DNA from: a virus
DNA: 44,934 nt
Virus record (IMG/VR): IMGVR_UViG_3300045988_069571
Location: 1-44,934 of that record
Direction: 5' to 3' (one strand)
Under the pieces are notes generated by a model, which made no database searches, had not been told where the DNA came from, and was given only the letters and a program-made list of their open reading frames with translations. Of the stretch, positions 23,056-32,600 are shown piece by piece. Made by a program: the position numbers and the translations under genes. Numbering within the stretch: the first letter of the stretch is position 1; each line of letters starts with the position of its first letter.

Positions 23056-25071
23056 CTAAAGTTCGGCGGAGAGCGTGACCGGACCGCCCTGGATATCGTT
23101 CGAATGTAAAAACACAATAGAATTGGTACTCACAGCGTCCTGTAGCGTTATATTAACACGCACAGCAGTCGCACCAACACCCAGAGGAGCAACCGAAGCG
23201 ACCAACCCATTATTGCCCCCGCCGTAAAATGAGACAGCGCCGGAAACGGTTGGTATAGCACGCATCTGTACCGGCGTCCAAATCACCCCCTGTCCATATT
23301 TGTCGGAGTCCAGATGTACAATCCCGATAAACCGCTGCTCTTCAGAGCGAAACTGCACAAAGTATCTCTGGCACTTTGCCAGCTCCCCGGCATAATCCGG
23401 CGTCTCAAAGAGCTGCCAGTTCCCTCCCTCGTCCTTGTAAGCGAGGGTTTGGGTGGAGCCAAGCTCCAGCTTAGATGCTTGCAGGAGTACGCTGTTGCCT
23501 GCCGAGACGATAACGCTACAAAAAAACCTGTCCGCCGTATTGTCATAATTAAACTGGACAAATCCAAACGGTTTGATAATGTTTATGATATTTGTCCACA
23601 CACTCGGTTTTTCCTCCGGGGCAGACGTGGACATCGATAGCAAGTCTCCATCAACCAGTCCAGAGAGGCAAACTGTTTCTCCCAATAGACGGTCATTTGG
23701 AATGCCCAAAAATTGCATGAATTCCAGATTCCCTGTTGTAGCAGTTAAAGTGATTCCATCGCTGCCCAGGGTTGCAGTGCCTTCCCCACTCAGCTTCCAT
23801 CTGTCTATAAACCCCCCTGAACCGGAACGGCTCGTTTCCCCCCTCTGGTTAATGGGAAACTGCCCGCCGCCCTGCTGGGAGCCGCCACCCACGAAATACC
23901 AGTTGTCCAGCAGGTTCCGGTTCGGTCTTCCCCCGATGTTCCGCAGCGCCTTCTGCTTATTGCTCAGGTTGGAGAGGGTAAGGTCGGCCTTAATGCTTTG
24001 GAGCCTCTTTCCCATTTCTGCGCTAAGAGCATCAGACACACCGCCTGTGGTGAGATCGTTGATGACTGGGGCTTGTACACCCTGGGGGCCTTGGGGGCCC
24101 CGGATGTTGGCCCCTGCCACGGAGGGCATCCCCGCCTTGCTGGCTGTCCAGGTCAAGTTGCCGGAGCCGTCCACGGCGGGCTGGTAGTAGCCGCCGTCCG
24201 CGCCTGCGGGGCCAGGCTCGCCATCCGCCCCGGCGGGACCGGGCGCTCCGTCTGCACCGTCCTTGCCGTTGGATCCCGGCGTACCCTGGGGTCCCGCAGG
24301 TCCCGTCAGCTTCCCGGCGTCGAACTTGTCCTGGAAGGTGTCCCCATCGGTGAACGTCACCAGGTCTGCGGTGTAGTCCCCCTTGACGGGTCTCACCGCT
24401 CCTGTCCGGTTGTTGAAGGAGGTCACACCGCCGCCCGCCGCGTCCTGGGCCCGTGCAGACCAGTATTTGGCGTTGTTGGTGTCCTCCCCTTCCCGCATTC
24501 CGGTTCCGCCCACCGCCCAGCTCTCCGCCTCCGTGGCGGATGCCGCGGCATTTTCCTCCGCCTGACCGATGGACGCGGCGCTGGCGGCAGCCGCTTCCGC
24601 GCTCTTCTCTGCCGCGGCAGCCTTTTGCCCGGCCAGTTCCGCGCTGGCCGCAGCCTCTCCGGCGGAATCACTTGCATTTCCAGCCGCCGCCTCTGCGCCG
24701 TTCTTGGCGCTGACTGCGGTTTCCTTCGCACTCACCGCCGTCTCCGAAGCCGTGACCGCGGAATCTCTCGCCGCCTCTGCGGCTGTCTTTGCGGATTCCG
24801 CCGCCTCCTTTGCGGCGGTAGCCTGTTCGAGCACCTCTGTGACGACCTCTCCATGGAGCGCATTGATATCCATGAGTTCGATCCATTCGTCCGCGTCCTC
24901 ATATTTCCATTCCAGAGTCTTGGTGTCTTCGTTGTAGCGGAGCTGCACCTTGTCGCCCTTCAACGTCTCCAGCCACTCCGCCTCCGTACCCTTGAATCCG
25001 TGCTTAACGGCGATTCCGTAGGCGGTGATATAGTAGCCGCGCCAGCGCTTTCCCTGATCGTTACACTCCAT
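23056..25071 (-). CDS. Tail fibre with collagen-like G-X-Y repeats (671 aa)
   Basis: SD GGGGAGG upstream. It has an Ala/Glu/Ser-rich coiled region, then GPAGPQGTPGSNGKDGADGAPGPAGADGEPGPAGADGG and GPQGPQG, and a C-terminal globular domain. Confidence 0.75.
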   Translation of the reverse strand: MECNDQGKRWRGYYITAYGIAVKHGFKGTEAEWLETLKGDKVQLRYNEDTKTLEWKYEDADEWIELMDINALHGEVVTEVLEQATAAKEAAESAKTAAEAARDSAVTASETAVSAKETAVSAKNGAEAAAGNASDSAGEAAASAELAGQKAAAAEKSAEAAAASAASIGQAEENAAASATEAESWAVGGTGMREGEDTNNAKYWSARAQDAAGGGVTSFNNRTGAVRPVKGDYTADLVTFTDGDTFQDKFDAGKLTGPAGPQGTPGSNGKDGADGAPGPAGADGEPGPAGADGGYYQPAVDGSGNLTWTASKAGMPSVAGANIRGPQGPQGVQAPVINDLTTGGVSDALSAEMGKRLQSIKADLTLSNLSNKQKALRNIGGRPNRNLLDNWYFVGGGSQQGGGQFPINQRGETSRSGSGGFIDRWKLSGEGTATLGSDGITLTATTGNLEFMQFLGIPNDRLLGETVCLSGLVDGDLLSMSTSAPEEKPSVWTNIINIIKPFGFVQFNYDNTADRFFCSVIVSAGNSVLLQASKLELGSTQTLAYKDEGGNWQLFETPDYAGELAKCQRYFVQFRSEEQRFIGIVHLDSDKYGQGVIWTPVQMRAIPTVSGAVSFYGGGNNGLVASVAPLGVGATAVRVNITLQDAVSTNSIVFLHSNDIQGGPVTLSAEL

Positions 25072-25429
25072 AGTAGACCTCCCCGTGGGTGTCCGCCGGG
25101 CTGTAGGTCAGGGCGAACCACCGGATAAACTCGCCGAAAAAGGCGTTGAACATCTGCATCGTGTTCTGGTACTTTTCGTACTCCCCGTTGGCGTAGTCCA
25201 CACGGGCCTCCAGATAGGCCGGATAGAGCTTGTCGTGGGGCGGCTGTACCAGGAGTTCCACGTCCTTGTCCTGCTCGTAGGAGTAGGTGATGACCTCCTC
25301 GCTGGCAAACAGAAGCACCTCCGTCTGCACCATTCCCTCCACCTCATTGAGCCACCGGGTCTTTTCTTCGTTGGAAAAGGCGTTCGGCTTGACCTCGTCC
25401 ACCGCCTGTATCACCTGAGCTACGGTCAT
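25061..25429 (-). CDS. Putative head-tail adaptor / head completion protein (122 aa)
   Basis: Assigned from its position directly after the capsid gene and from its size. No motif recognised. Confidence 0.45.
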   Translation of the reverse strand: MTVAQVIQAVDEVKPNAFSNEEKTRWLNEVEGMVQTEVLLFASEEVITYSYEQDKDVELLVQPPHDKLYPAYLEARVDYANGEYEKYQNTMQMFNAFFGEFIRWFALTYSPADTHGEVYYGV

Positions 25430-25445
25430 GATATCCTCCTATCTG

Positions 25446-25476
25446 AAAACCGGGCGGCGGCAAACCCGCCGCCCGG
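25446..25476 (-). terminator. Hairpin/attenuator after the major capsid gene
   Basis: An 11-bp GC stem (CCGGGCGGCGG 25450-25460 / CCGCCGCCCGG 25466-25476), followed on the minus strand by TTTT. Confidence 0.5.
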
Positions 25477-25487
25477 CCTTTGTGCTG

Positions 25488-26504
25488 TCAGCCGCTGATA
25501 AGCTGAGTGCCGCCGCTTACGCCGCCCACTGCAGCGAAGCGCCAGTCGTTGAAGCCCGCGGTAAACCGGGCGCGGCCCTTCCACACGTTGGCGTCGTTGC
25601 CGGGGTCAATCTCGCTGCGCACGTTGAGCTGCACGCGGTCAAACCACATGGCACCACCGTACTGCTCGTTGTACCGGCTGTCCAGCAGCACCCAGGGGGA
25701 CGTATCGGCGGTAATGAACTGGTTGAGGTAGGGCCAGATGATCACCGACCACCGGCCGTACTGGTAGTTAAAGCCGTTGTTGGAGGTGGTGGGGTCCTTG
25801 TCCGCGCCGATGGCGGCGAACACGTCCTTCTTGAGTTTGTAGTTGTTGGGGATCAGAATAGTGTCGGGGGCCACATCCAGGATCTCGCCGTTGTCGCCAC
25901 GGAAGTCCTGCATGGCCGTCTCCATAGCGCCGAGGGCGTCGTTGGAGAAGGCGTCCGCAAACTGGTTGGACTGGGTCCCCTTGGTGCGCTCCAGGGCAGA
26001 GGGGTGGGCCTTGTCGAACAGGGCCTTGCCGTCCGCGCCCTTGGCGTCAAAGGTGCGGCCGTGGAAGCTGACGGAGGTCTTGCCCGTGATGGCCGCTCCG
26101 TACAGGGCCGCGCCGAACTTCTCCCGGGTGCGGTAATACCCGGCGATAAACTGGGCGGGCCGCTTGCGCAGATCCATAATCTTTGCATCCTCCACAATCT
26201 CCTGGGACATGGAGAAGGAGTCCTTCCAGGTCATGTGCTCCAGGGTCTTGTCGAAGCCCTCCTGCATGCTGTCCAGAGGATAGGTGCCGTTCTCGCCCAC
26301 GGGCTGGAAGCCCTCCATGGCGGTCATGGTTCCCATCTTCTCGGCCCACTTGTTGGAGCTCTCCATATTGAACAGCTCCTTGAGCATGCTCTGCTGCTCG
26401 AACGCCTCGCCCCGCTTCTCCAGGAACATGCGGATCGGGGCCTGAGACTTGCCAAAAATGCTGTCCTGGAGGCCGGAGCCCTCGGTAAACGTAATGCCAG
26501 CCAT
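25488..26504 (-). CDS. Major capsid protein (HK97-fold type, 338 aa)
   Basis: Assigned from its size, its position after the scaffold and decoration genes, and the strong hairpin downstream. The family assignment is inference. Confidence 0.7.
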   Translation of the reverse strand: MAGITFTEGSGLQDSIFGKSQAPIRMFLEKRGEAFEQQSMLKELFNMESSNKWAEKMGTMTAMEGFQPVGENGTYPLDSMQEGFDKTLEHMTWKDSFSMSQEIVEDAKIMDLRKRPAQFIAGYYRTREKFGAALYGAAITGKTSVSFHGRTFDAKGADGKALFDKAHPSALERTKGTQSNQFADAFSNDALGAMETAMQDFRGDNGEILDVAPDTILIPNNYKLKKDVFAAIGADKDPTTSNNGFNYQYGRWSVIIWPYLNQFITADTSPWVLLDSRYNEQYGGAMWFDRVQLNVRSEIDPGNDANVWKGRARFTAGFNDWRFAAVGGVSGGTQLISG

Positions 26505-26523
26505 ATATCTTCTCTCCCTTCTG

Positions 26524-26949
26524 TTAACCGCCGCTCTGCGTGATATTGACTACGGCGGGGAACCGGACGCGCACCCGGTCGCCTGCGGCGGTGCCGTCCA
26601 TGCCAACCACCTCGGCCACGCCGTTCGTCTTGGTGGCGGTGACCTGGAGGCCATCGGTGTGCAGCGTCACCTTGTCGCCCAGCTTGATGGCCGTGGCGGC
26701 GGCCTGGAAGGTGGTCTCAAACATCATATCGGGCAGCACCCGCAGCACAGGGATGATGTCGCCCGCGGTGCACGCCTTGTCCATTTCAACCATGCTGATA
26801 TAGGTGGGGGTGGTGGTGCCGCTGGCAACCGCCAGATTGCCCCCCGTCTGTGTCAGGGCCATACCCACTTTAGGGGTGATAGCCCCCGCGGGCAGGTACT
26901 CGATGCCGGGGATTCTGCCCCCGTCTACCTGCTGAATCAAAAAAGCCAT
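26524..26949 (-). CDS. Putative head decoration/cement protein (DUF2190-like, 141 aa)
   Basis: SD AAAGGAG upstream. The gene lies between the scaffold and capsid genes. The function is inference. Confidence 0.4.
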   Translation of the reverse strand: MAFLIQQVDGGRIPGIEYLPAGAITPKVGMALTQTGGNLAVASGTTTPTYISMVEMDKACTAGDIIPVLRVLPDMMFETTFQAAATAIKLGDKVTLHTDGLQVTATKTNGVAEVVGMDGTAAGDRVRVRFPAVVNITQSGG

Positions 26950-26950
26950 T

Positions 26951-27883
26951 TTATTGCTCCTTTCGGCTGTTTTTCATGTAGCTTTGATAGTGCTTCTGGA
27001 TCTCCTCTTTGGTCGCGCCGGGGTTCAGGGCCCGGTACTCCTCAAGGACGCTGTCTGGGACGGGAATCGCCCCGCCGCCGCGGCGCTCCGTGGCTTTCAG
27101 GTGCTGCTTGCTCTGCACGGAGTTGATGGCCGCCTTCCGGCTGGCCTCCGCGGCCCGCTGGGTCAGCGTGTCATAGTTCGCCAGACGGTAGGCATCCAGG
27201 AGGGAATAGCCCCGCTTGACCATGTCGTACAGCTTAGGATAGGTGTTCAGCTTCGCCAGATCGCCCAGCTCCTTGACCGTGGGGTCGATGGCCTGAATCT
27301 GCCGGAGCTGCTCGTCCACCCTTGCCTTTGCCTCCTGCTCTCTGGCCTGCCTTGCGGCGGCCTCCGCCTCGGCCTTGGCCTGCCGGGCCGCCCGCACCTC
27401 CGGAAGCCCCTGGACAAACGCCTGGAACTCCTCCTGGGTGATGCCCGCCTTCTCCATGAGCTTGGCCTTCTGGTCGGCCTCGAAGCGCTCCCGGTATGCC
27501 TCATACTCCGCTCTGGTGGTGATGGGCTGCCCAGTGTACGGGTTCATCAGCCCCGAGTTCTTGAAAAACTCGTCCACCTGCTTCTGGGCGTCCTCTTTGG
27601 CCTGGGCGATGGCGGCGTCCCGCTCCGCCTCCGCCTTGCGGCGGGCTGCGGCAAACTGTGCGTCGCGGTCGGTTTTGGGTTCCTGCTCCGGCGCCTCCGT
27701 CTGAGGCTGTTCGGACTCTTCCGTTTCCTCTACGGCAGGGGCGGCGGCCTCCTGCTCTTCTGCGCCTTGTGCGGCGGCTGTAGTGGTGTCATTTCCCGAC
27801 GGTTCGGCGGCCTCCGTCTCTTCTGCGCCTGTGGTAGTCTCCGGCACCTCTACATCAAACACCGCGCCGTAGTTGATTTCCAT
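26951..27883 (-). CDS. Scaffolding protein (310 aa)
   Basis: It has an acidic N-terminus and a long Ala/Glu/Lys/Gln coiled coil. Its position lies between the portal and capsid genes. Confidence 0.6.
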   Translation of the reverse strand: MEINYGAVFDVEVPETTTGAEETEAAEPSGNDTTTAAAQGAEEQEAAAPAVEETEESEQPQTEAPEQEPKTDRDAQFAAARRKAEAERDAAIAQAKEDAQKQVDEFFKNSGLMNPYTGQPITTRAEYEAYRERFEADQKAKLMEKAGITQEEFQAFVQGLPEVRAARQAKAEAEAAARQAREQEAKARVDEQLRQIQAIDPTVKELGDLAKLNTYPKLYDMVKRGYSLLDAYRLANYDTLTQRAAEASRKAAINSVQSKQHLKATERRGGGAIPVPDSVLEEYRALNPGATKEEIQKHYQSYMKNSRKEQ

Positions 27884-27906
27884 GTGTGTGTTCTCCTTTC
27901 ACCCTA

Positions 27907-28035
27907 TTACTTGCCCGTTCTCAGGTCGTTGCCCTTCTTGACTGTGCCGTTCCCCTTCTTTCCCGTGGCGGGGTTGGGGGCGGTGACCTTCTGCACACCG
28001 CTGTGGCTGACCTTGCCGATGTATCCGTTCGCCAT
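27907..28035 (-). CDS. Small basic protein (42 aa, below track cutoff)
   Basis: Strong SD AAAGGAGGTG upstream. My translation is MANGYIGKVSHSGVQKVTAPNPATGKKGNGTVKKGNDLRTGK. Confidence 0.5.
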   Translation of the reverse strand: MANGYIGKVSHSGVQKVTAPNPATGKKGNGTVKKGNDLRTGK

Positions 28036-28094
28036 ACTGCGCACCTCCTTTCTCCTGGATTTGCCATTTCTTCGCTGTTGGCGTGCGCTTGATT

Positions 28095-30152
28095 TTATGC
28101 CATATAGGTGGCCCTTGCTGCCGGGATTCCCCCGTCCTGCGCGGCCTCGGCCGCGTCCTGCTTGGCTCGGGAGACCGTCTCCTGTACCGCCTGCATCTGC
28201 ATCTGCTGTTGCTGCATTGCCATCTGCTGCTGCATCATGGCCTGCTGCTGTTGGTACTCCTGCTCCAGATAGGTCTTGGTGTCACCTGCGCCCGGATAGT
28301 GCAGCAGCTCCATCTTCGTCCAAAACAGGATCAGTGTCTTGAGGTTGGTCGGGTCGCCGAACGCCCCGGTCTGTAGATTCATTCGCGTCTCCTGCCACAT
28401 GGCCTCCCGGTTGTTGGCAAGGGGGGCGGAGGTGTCGCACGAGAACAGAAAGTCGTCAATCCACCGCCACTCCCCCGTCTCGTCCTGCTCCAGGAAGTCG
28501 TAGCGGTTGAACTGCCGGTACTCAGCCCGGCCCTCGATGTCGTGGGATACCACGGGCCGCGGCTCGTCGGCATAGGCCAGCTTAAATTTGAACATGGCCT
28601 CAAAGAGCGCCGCGTAGGCCGCGTCCTTCATTACCCGTTTGCTCTCCAACCGTCCGGCGGCCTGGGCGGCGGAGAACTCCTTCGCCGTCCCGCTGGTGGC
28701 GGTGGAATCCTTGCGGCCCTGGAAGGAATCAGTGATACCGATGACCTGCCGGGCCTCCTCATAGATCTGCGCCAGATAGGCCATGTCCTGTTCGATGTCC
28801 CCCTGGAGGTCGTACACGTCCAGATAGGACTTGTCCGCCGGGCTGGAGAGATAGATTTTCTTCATGTCCTCCTCGTCGTAGCGGATCTTGGCGTCGTTGG
28901 GGAGGCTGATGTAGCTGCCCGATTTGGTGAGCTTGTCGATGATCTTGGCCTCGATGCGGTTGGTGGTGTTCTGCTGGTCGGCAATCTTGTCCAGATCGCT
29001 GTCCCCCAGGAACCTTCCGTACACACTCACATTCTTTTGGAGGATGACCGGGTAAATGTCCGGCTTGTAGAAGGGGATCCGGGTCGGCTCCTGCACCACC
29101 GCCACCACGGGCAAGCCCAGCTCGTCCACTGTATCAGTGACAACCTCCACCGGCCGCGCCCCGGGAATCTCGGTGCCGTCGCTGCGGGGTATGGGGACGT
29201 AGACCTCCTCGTACTCCTCCTTGTCCTCCTCCCACTTGTCGCCGCCGCAGTAGGGGCAGACCCTCCGCTTGCCCCTCCGCCCGGTGGGCGCTCCGGGCAT
29301 CCCCGCGCCCGCCCCGTCGGGGGTCATGCCGGGGAGCAGCCCCTTGTCCGCCGGGGCATCCACCGGCTCGGCCTCCAGGGGCTCCACCGCGCCGCACTGG
29401 GCACACCGGCGCAGCCGCCGGGCCTGATAGTCCTCCAAGTCCTCCAGCGCCGTGTCGTTGACCCAGGAAAACAGGCCAATCCCCCCGTCCAGGTTGCGGT
29501 AGTAGGCTACGTACTGTGTCACCATGTCGTCCGCCGTGCCCTCTCCGCCGCTGCCCTTGACGTCCGGCTCCTCCTCGGCCTCCTCGGACACGTCCACGCC
29601 GTAGGTGCGCCTGATGTACCCCTTGGTCTGGGGGATTTTTAGAATGATGTAGTCCATGTCATCCACACCGGTGTAAACCCCGTCCTGGGGGATGATCTGC
29701 TTGGGGTGGAGCGTGGAGACGGCCAGCTCTCCCACAGTGGCGCTCCCCGCCTTGCTGTTGTCCCACTCCACCAGAAAGGCTCCGCCGCCCTGTATGGGGA
29801 TGGTGCGCTCCATGATGTCGTTCATCTGCTCAAAGGGCAGCCGGTCGAGCTCGTTGCGCAGCATGTCCTCGATGAGCTTGGCCCGCCACTCATCCTCTCT
29901 GCGCCGGGGCGTGACCTTGGGCTGTGGGATGTTACTGTCCACCTGGCTCTCCACCAGCTCGGCGCACAGGTTGCGCACGTGGGGGGTCTCCTTCTTGCGG
30001 GCGGTGCAGACGATGGGCCGGATGCGGTTGCAGCCCTGGTAGAGCTCTTCCCGCCCGTCCATTTTGGACAGCTCCGGTTCATACGCCGCGTTGGCCCGCC
30101 CGAGCCTGTCCTGCCACAGCCGCAGCCGGTCTTTGTCTTTCTTTTTCCCCAT
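28095..30152 (-). CDS. Portal protein (685 aa) with an internal CxxC...CxxC zinc-ribbon insertion
   Basis: Assigned from its position after TerL and from its size. CAQCG...CPYCGG is at aa 250-303 (nt 29244-29405). The C-terminal tail is Gln/Met-rich. Confidence 0.65.
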   Translation of the reverse strand: MGKKKDKDRLRLWQDRLGRANAAYEPELSKMDGREELYQGCNRIRPIVCTARKKETPHVRNLCAELVESQVDSNIPQPKVTPRRREDEWRAKLIEDMLRNELDRLPFEQMNDIMERTIPIQGGGAFLVEWDNSKAGSATVGELAVSTLHPKQIIPQDGVYTGVDDMDYIILKIPQTKGYIRRTYGVDVSEEAEEEPDVKGSGGEGTADDMVTQYVAYYRNLDGGIGLFSWVNDTALEDLEDYQARRLRRCAQCGAVEPLEAEPVDAPADKGLLPGMTPDGAGAGMPGAPTGRRGKRRVCPYCGGDKWEEDKEEYEEVYVPIPRSDGTEIPGARPVEVVTDTVDELGLPVVAVVQEPTRIPFYKPDIYPVILQKNVSVYGRFLGDSDLDKIADQQNTTNRIEAKIIDKLTKSGSYISLPNDAKIRYDEEDMKKIYLSSPADKSYLDVYDLQGDIEQDMAYLAQIYEEARQVIGITDSFQGRKDSTATSGTAKEFSAAQAAGRLESKRVMKDAAYAALFEAMFKFKLAYADEPRPVVSHDIEGRAEYRQFNRYDFLEQDETGEWRWIDDFLFSCDTSAPLANNREAMWQETRMNLQTGAFGDPTNLKTLILFWTKMELLHYPGAGDTKTYLEQEYQQQQAMMQQQMAMQQQQMQMQAVQETVSRAKQDAAEAAQDGGIPAARATYMA

Positions 30153-30174
30153 GGCCTACCTCCATAAAAACTAT

Positions 30175-30215
30175 AAAAAAACGTGAGTAACCTGTAAGGA
30201 ATCCTTACAAGTCAC
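30175..30215 (-). terminator. Hairpin + T7 just upstream of the portal RBS
   Basis: On the minus strand: GTGAC-TTGTAAGG-ATT-CCTTACA..GTCAC-type interrupted stem, followed by GTTTTTTT (plus A7 at 30175-30181). Confidence 0.4.
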
Positions 30216-30242
30216 CCACACTCGGGCCTTCCGCCTCAACGC

Positions 30243-30413
30243 TTAGAGGCGGGAGCAATGTTCATTTGATTCCGGATATTCCGCAGTTTCCACCCTTATT
30301 TTTGATAAATCAATAGAATCACATTCCGCCTTTAATCGCTCATTTTCTTGGGTAAGGTCCGCCACTCGCTTTTGATTGTCATTCTCGCAAAAGTCCTTCC
30401 ACCAATCGCTCAC
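30243..30413 (-). CDS. Small coiled-coil protein (56 aa, below track cutoff)
   Basis: GTG overlaps the upstream stop as GTGA. My translation is (M)SDWWKDFCENDNQKRVADLTQENERLKAECDSIDLSKIRVETAEYPESNEHCSRL. Confidence 0.4.
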   Translation of the reverse strand: MSDWWKDFCENDNQKRVADLTQENERLKAECDSIDLSKIRVETAEYPESNEHCSRL

Positions 30414-30592
30414 CTTCTCACTTCCTCTCGCTTGATATGTATGATTTTAACACCATCTTTCACGGGAATCAACTCCACCCGATCGCCTTTAGACAAAGGG
30501 GCATCCACCATCCGCAAGAAATCTTCTACCAGTATCCCATGGAATGTGCATGCCGTAATTTTACTCCCGTCGATCACTTTGGATTCCCCCAT
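30410..30592 (-). CDS. AbrB/SpoVT/MazE-like small protein (60 aa)
   Basis: The motif LSKGDRVELIPVKDGVKIIHIKRE resembles a swapped-hairpin barrel. It lies in an AT-richer insert between terL and the portal gene. Confidence 0.45.
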   Translation of the reverse strand: MGESKVIDGSKITACTFHGILVEDFLRMVDAPLSKGDRVELIPVKDGVKIIHIKREEVRR

Positions 30593-32070
30593 TTCTTGAT
30601 CAGGTATTCCCGCTCCTCCGGGCTTGCGTTGTTATAGTCCTCCCACATGGAGTCGTCCCACACCGCGCCGCCCGCCTTTCTGGCGGCCTCCACGGTGTAT
30701 CTCTGCTGCGGGCGGATGTGGTGTGCAATGGCCAGGGCCATAACGCAGTCGTCGTGCGCGCCCTCCTCGGCCCTTGGCTTGTAGTCCTCGCCCCGCACGA
30801 AGGTAAGCATCTCCTGTAACGTGGTCTCGTCGGACACGATGGTGATATCCTCCCGCACGGCCCGGATCAGTTCGGAGAGGATGACGGGCCGTGTCTTTGT
30901 CGATGTCCAGAAGCCAAACGCCCGTTTGATGCCGTGGGTGTAGTCGTCCACCACCTCCCGGACGTACTGGTTTGGATAGCCCAGGCGCTCCAACGTCAGG
31001 ATGGGATAGGTGCTCCAGTTGGCCTCCACGCCCACCAGCGCGGTGTTGTACCACATGCCCAGGCAATACACCTGCATGGAGTACAGATCCTCGTCGGTCT
31101 GGTGCCGGAGGACGGCCACCTGCTCTCCGGTGCGGTTGTCCAGCACCTGGGCCACAAAGCTGTCCGAGCCGTCCCCGGCGGTGTCTCCGCCGACCACATA
31201 GGGCACGCCCGCCTCCGGCGCCCGGTAGACCTTGATAAAGCCCCCCGGATCGTCCACCCACCGGATCCCGGATACCGTCCGTCCGTCGTAGCCATACGCA
31301 AAATACCCCACCCGCACCGGCTGGATGTGCTCCAGCAGCCGGGCGGTCACGGCCTTGGCATCAAATACGGTCTTGCCGGTGACGCCCCACTGGCCCAGGC
31401 AGTAGACCATGTAATAATACTCGTCGGTGTCCCTGAACGCCTCCAGCGTCCGCACCGCCTCCTGGGTGAGAAAGCGGTTGTCCCTGTATGTGGACTCGTG
31501 CACCGTGGCCCGGGAGTCGCTCCGGTCAAAGAACCGCCCCTTAAGCCAGTGGGTGATGCTAATCGGGTTAAAGGTCAAGATCATCTGGAGGTAGTAAGGG
31601 CACTGTGTCCGCAGGCGGATGTCGAGCTGGTTAAAGTCGGCCTCCAGCAGCTCCGACGCCTCCTCAATCCAGATCCCGGTGATGTCGTAGATGGATTTGA
31701 GCTTTTCGACGTCATCCAATCCGGCAAAGAGTATCTCGGAGCCGTTGGGGAATACGATGCGCAGCTCTCCCCGGTTGACCACGGCCCCGCAGTCCGGGTA
31801 GTGCTCAGCAATCTGTCCCCGGAGCTGTGCAAAGCAGCTCTCCCGCAGCGTCTTGGCCACCTTGCGGCACACGAGGAAGCGGTGTCCCGGCTCGGAGACG
31901 CAGCGCTCCAGCACCTTGCGCCCGGCGAAGATGGACTTGCCAGAGCCGCCTCCGCCCTTGAGCACCAGATAGCGGCTTTCGCAGGAAAACAGCGGCATAA
32001 AGGTGCCGTTGCTGGTGTCCCTGAGATGGTTGTACCAGACGGCCAGCCGGGCCAGCTCGTTAGTTGTCAA
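30574..32070 (-). CDS. terL: Terminase large subunit
   Basis: Walker A is VLKGGGGSGKS, Walker B-like is GIWIEEASE, and a C-terminal nuclease-type acidic motif is present. TerS lies upstream and the portal gene downstream. Confidence 0.9.
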   Translation of the reverse strand: MTTNELARLAVWYNHLRDTSNGTFMPLFSCESRYLVLKGGGGSGKSIFAGRKVLERCVSEPGHRFLVCRKVAKTLRESCFAQLRGQIAEHYPDCGAVVNRGELRIVFPNGSEILFAGLDDVEKLKSIYDITGIWIEEASELLEADFNQLDIRLRTQCPYYLQMILTFNPISITHWLKGRFFDRSDSRATVHESTYRDNRFLTQEAVRTLEAFRDTDEYYYMVYCLGQWGVTGKTVFDAKAVTARLLEHIQPVRVGYFAYGYDGRTVSGIRWVDDPGGFIKVYRAPEAGVPYVVGGDTAGDGSDSFVAQVLDNRTGEQVAVLRHQTDEDLYSMQVYCLGMWYNTALVGVEANWSTYPILTLERLGYPNQYVREVVDDYTHGIKRAFGFWTSTKTRPVILSELIRAVREDITIVSDETTLQEMLTFVRGEDYKPRAEEGAHDDCVMALAIAHHIRPQQRYTVEAARKAGGAVWDDSMWEDYNNASPEEREYLIKKWGNPK

Positions 32071-32530
32071 TCGTCCTCGCCGCCTCTCTGATGGCCGCCA
32101 GCTTGTCAGATAGGGTCATTTCATCAGCCTGGGCCACAGTCTCCGCCTTCTCCTGGGGCTTGTCCCTCCACTTGTCCGGCCGCCTGTTTTTCAGCCAGAA
32201 GATCTGCGCCGCCGTGTCCGGTATGACCTGCTTCACGGTCTGGATGACCTTCCGCCCATCTTTTTCGCTGATTTCCACCCGCTCCTCCATGTACTCATAG
32301 CCCAAGGCCCGTTTCAGGAGCGCGTTTTCCACCTGGATGTCTACGATTTCCTTGCCCTTTTTTAGGGCCTCGGAAATCTCGGGATGCTTATTCTTCCAGT
32401 CGTACAAGGTTGCCGGGTTTATTCCCATTTTTTCGGCAAGCTGCTCGTCTGTCAGCCCATCTCTGGCCCAGCCCTCCAGCAGCAGGAGCCCGTCCGGCTC
32501 CAGCCATCTCTGATACTTGCCTTTCGCCAC
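32060..32530 (-). CDS. terS: Terminase small subunit (HTH type)
   Basis: GTG at 32530 lies after GAGAGGTGG and gives MAKGKYQRWLEPDG...LTDEQLAEKMGINPATLYDWKNKH. An alternative ATG at 32599 would add 23 aa. Confidence 0.75.
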   Translation of the reverse strand: MAKGKYQRWLEPDGLLLLEGWARDGLTDEQLAEKMGINPATLYDWKNKHPEISEALKKGKEIVDIQVENALLKRALGYEYMEERVEISEKDGRKVIQTVKQVIPDTAAQIFWLKNRRPDKWRDKPQEKAETVAQADEMTLSDKLAAIREAARTIDN

Positions 32531-32600
32531 AACGGGCTCACCACCTCTCTCCGTCGATTCTTGGTGCCACCGCCCGCCTAATGCGGCGAGGAGCGGCATA

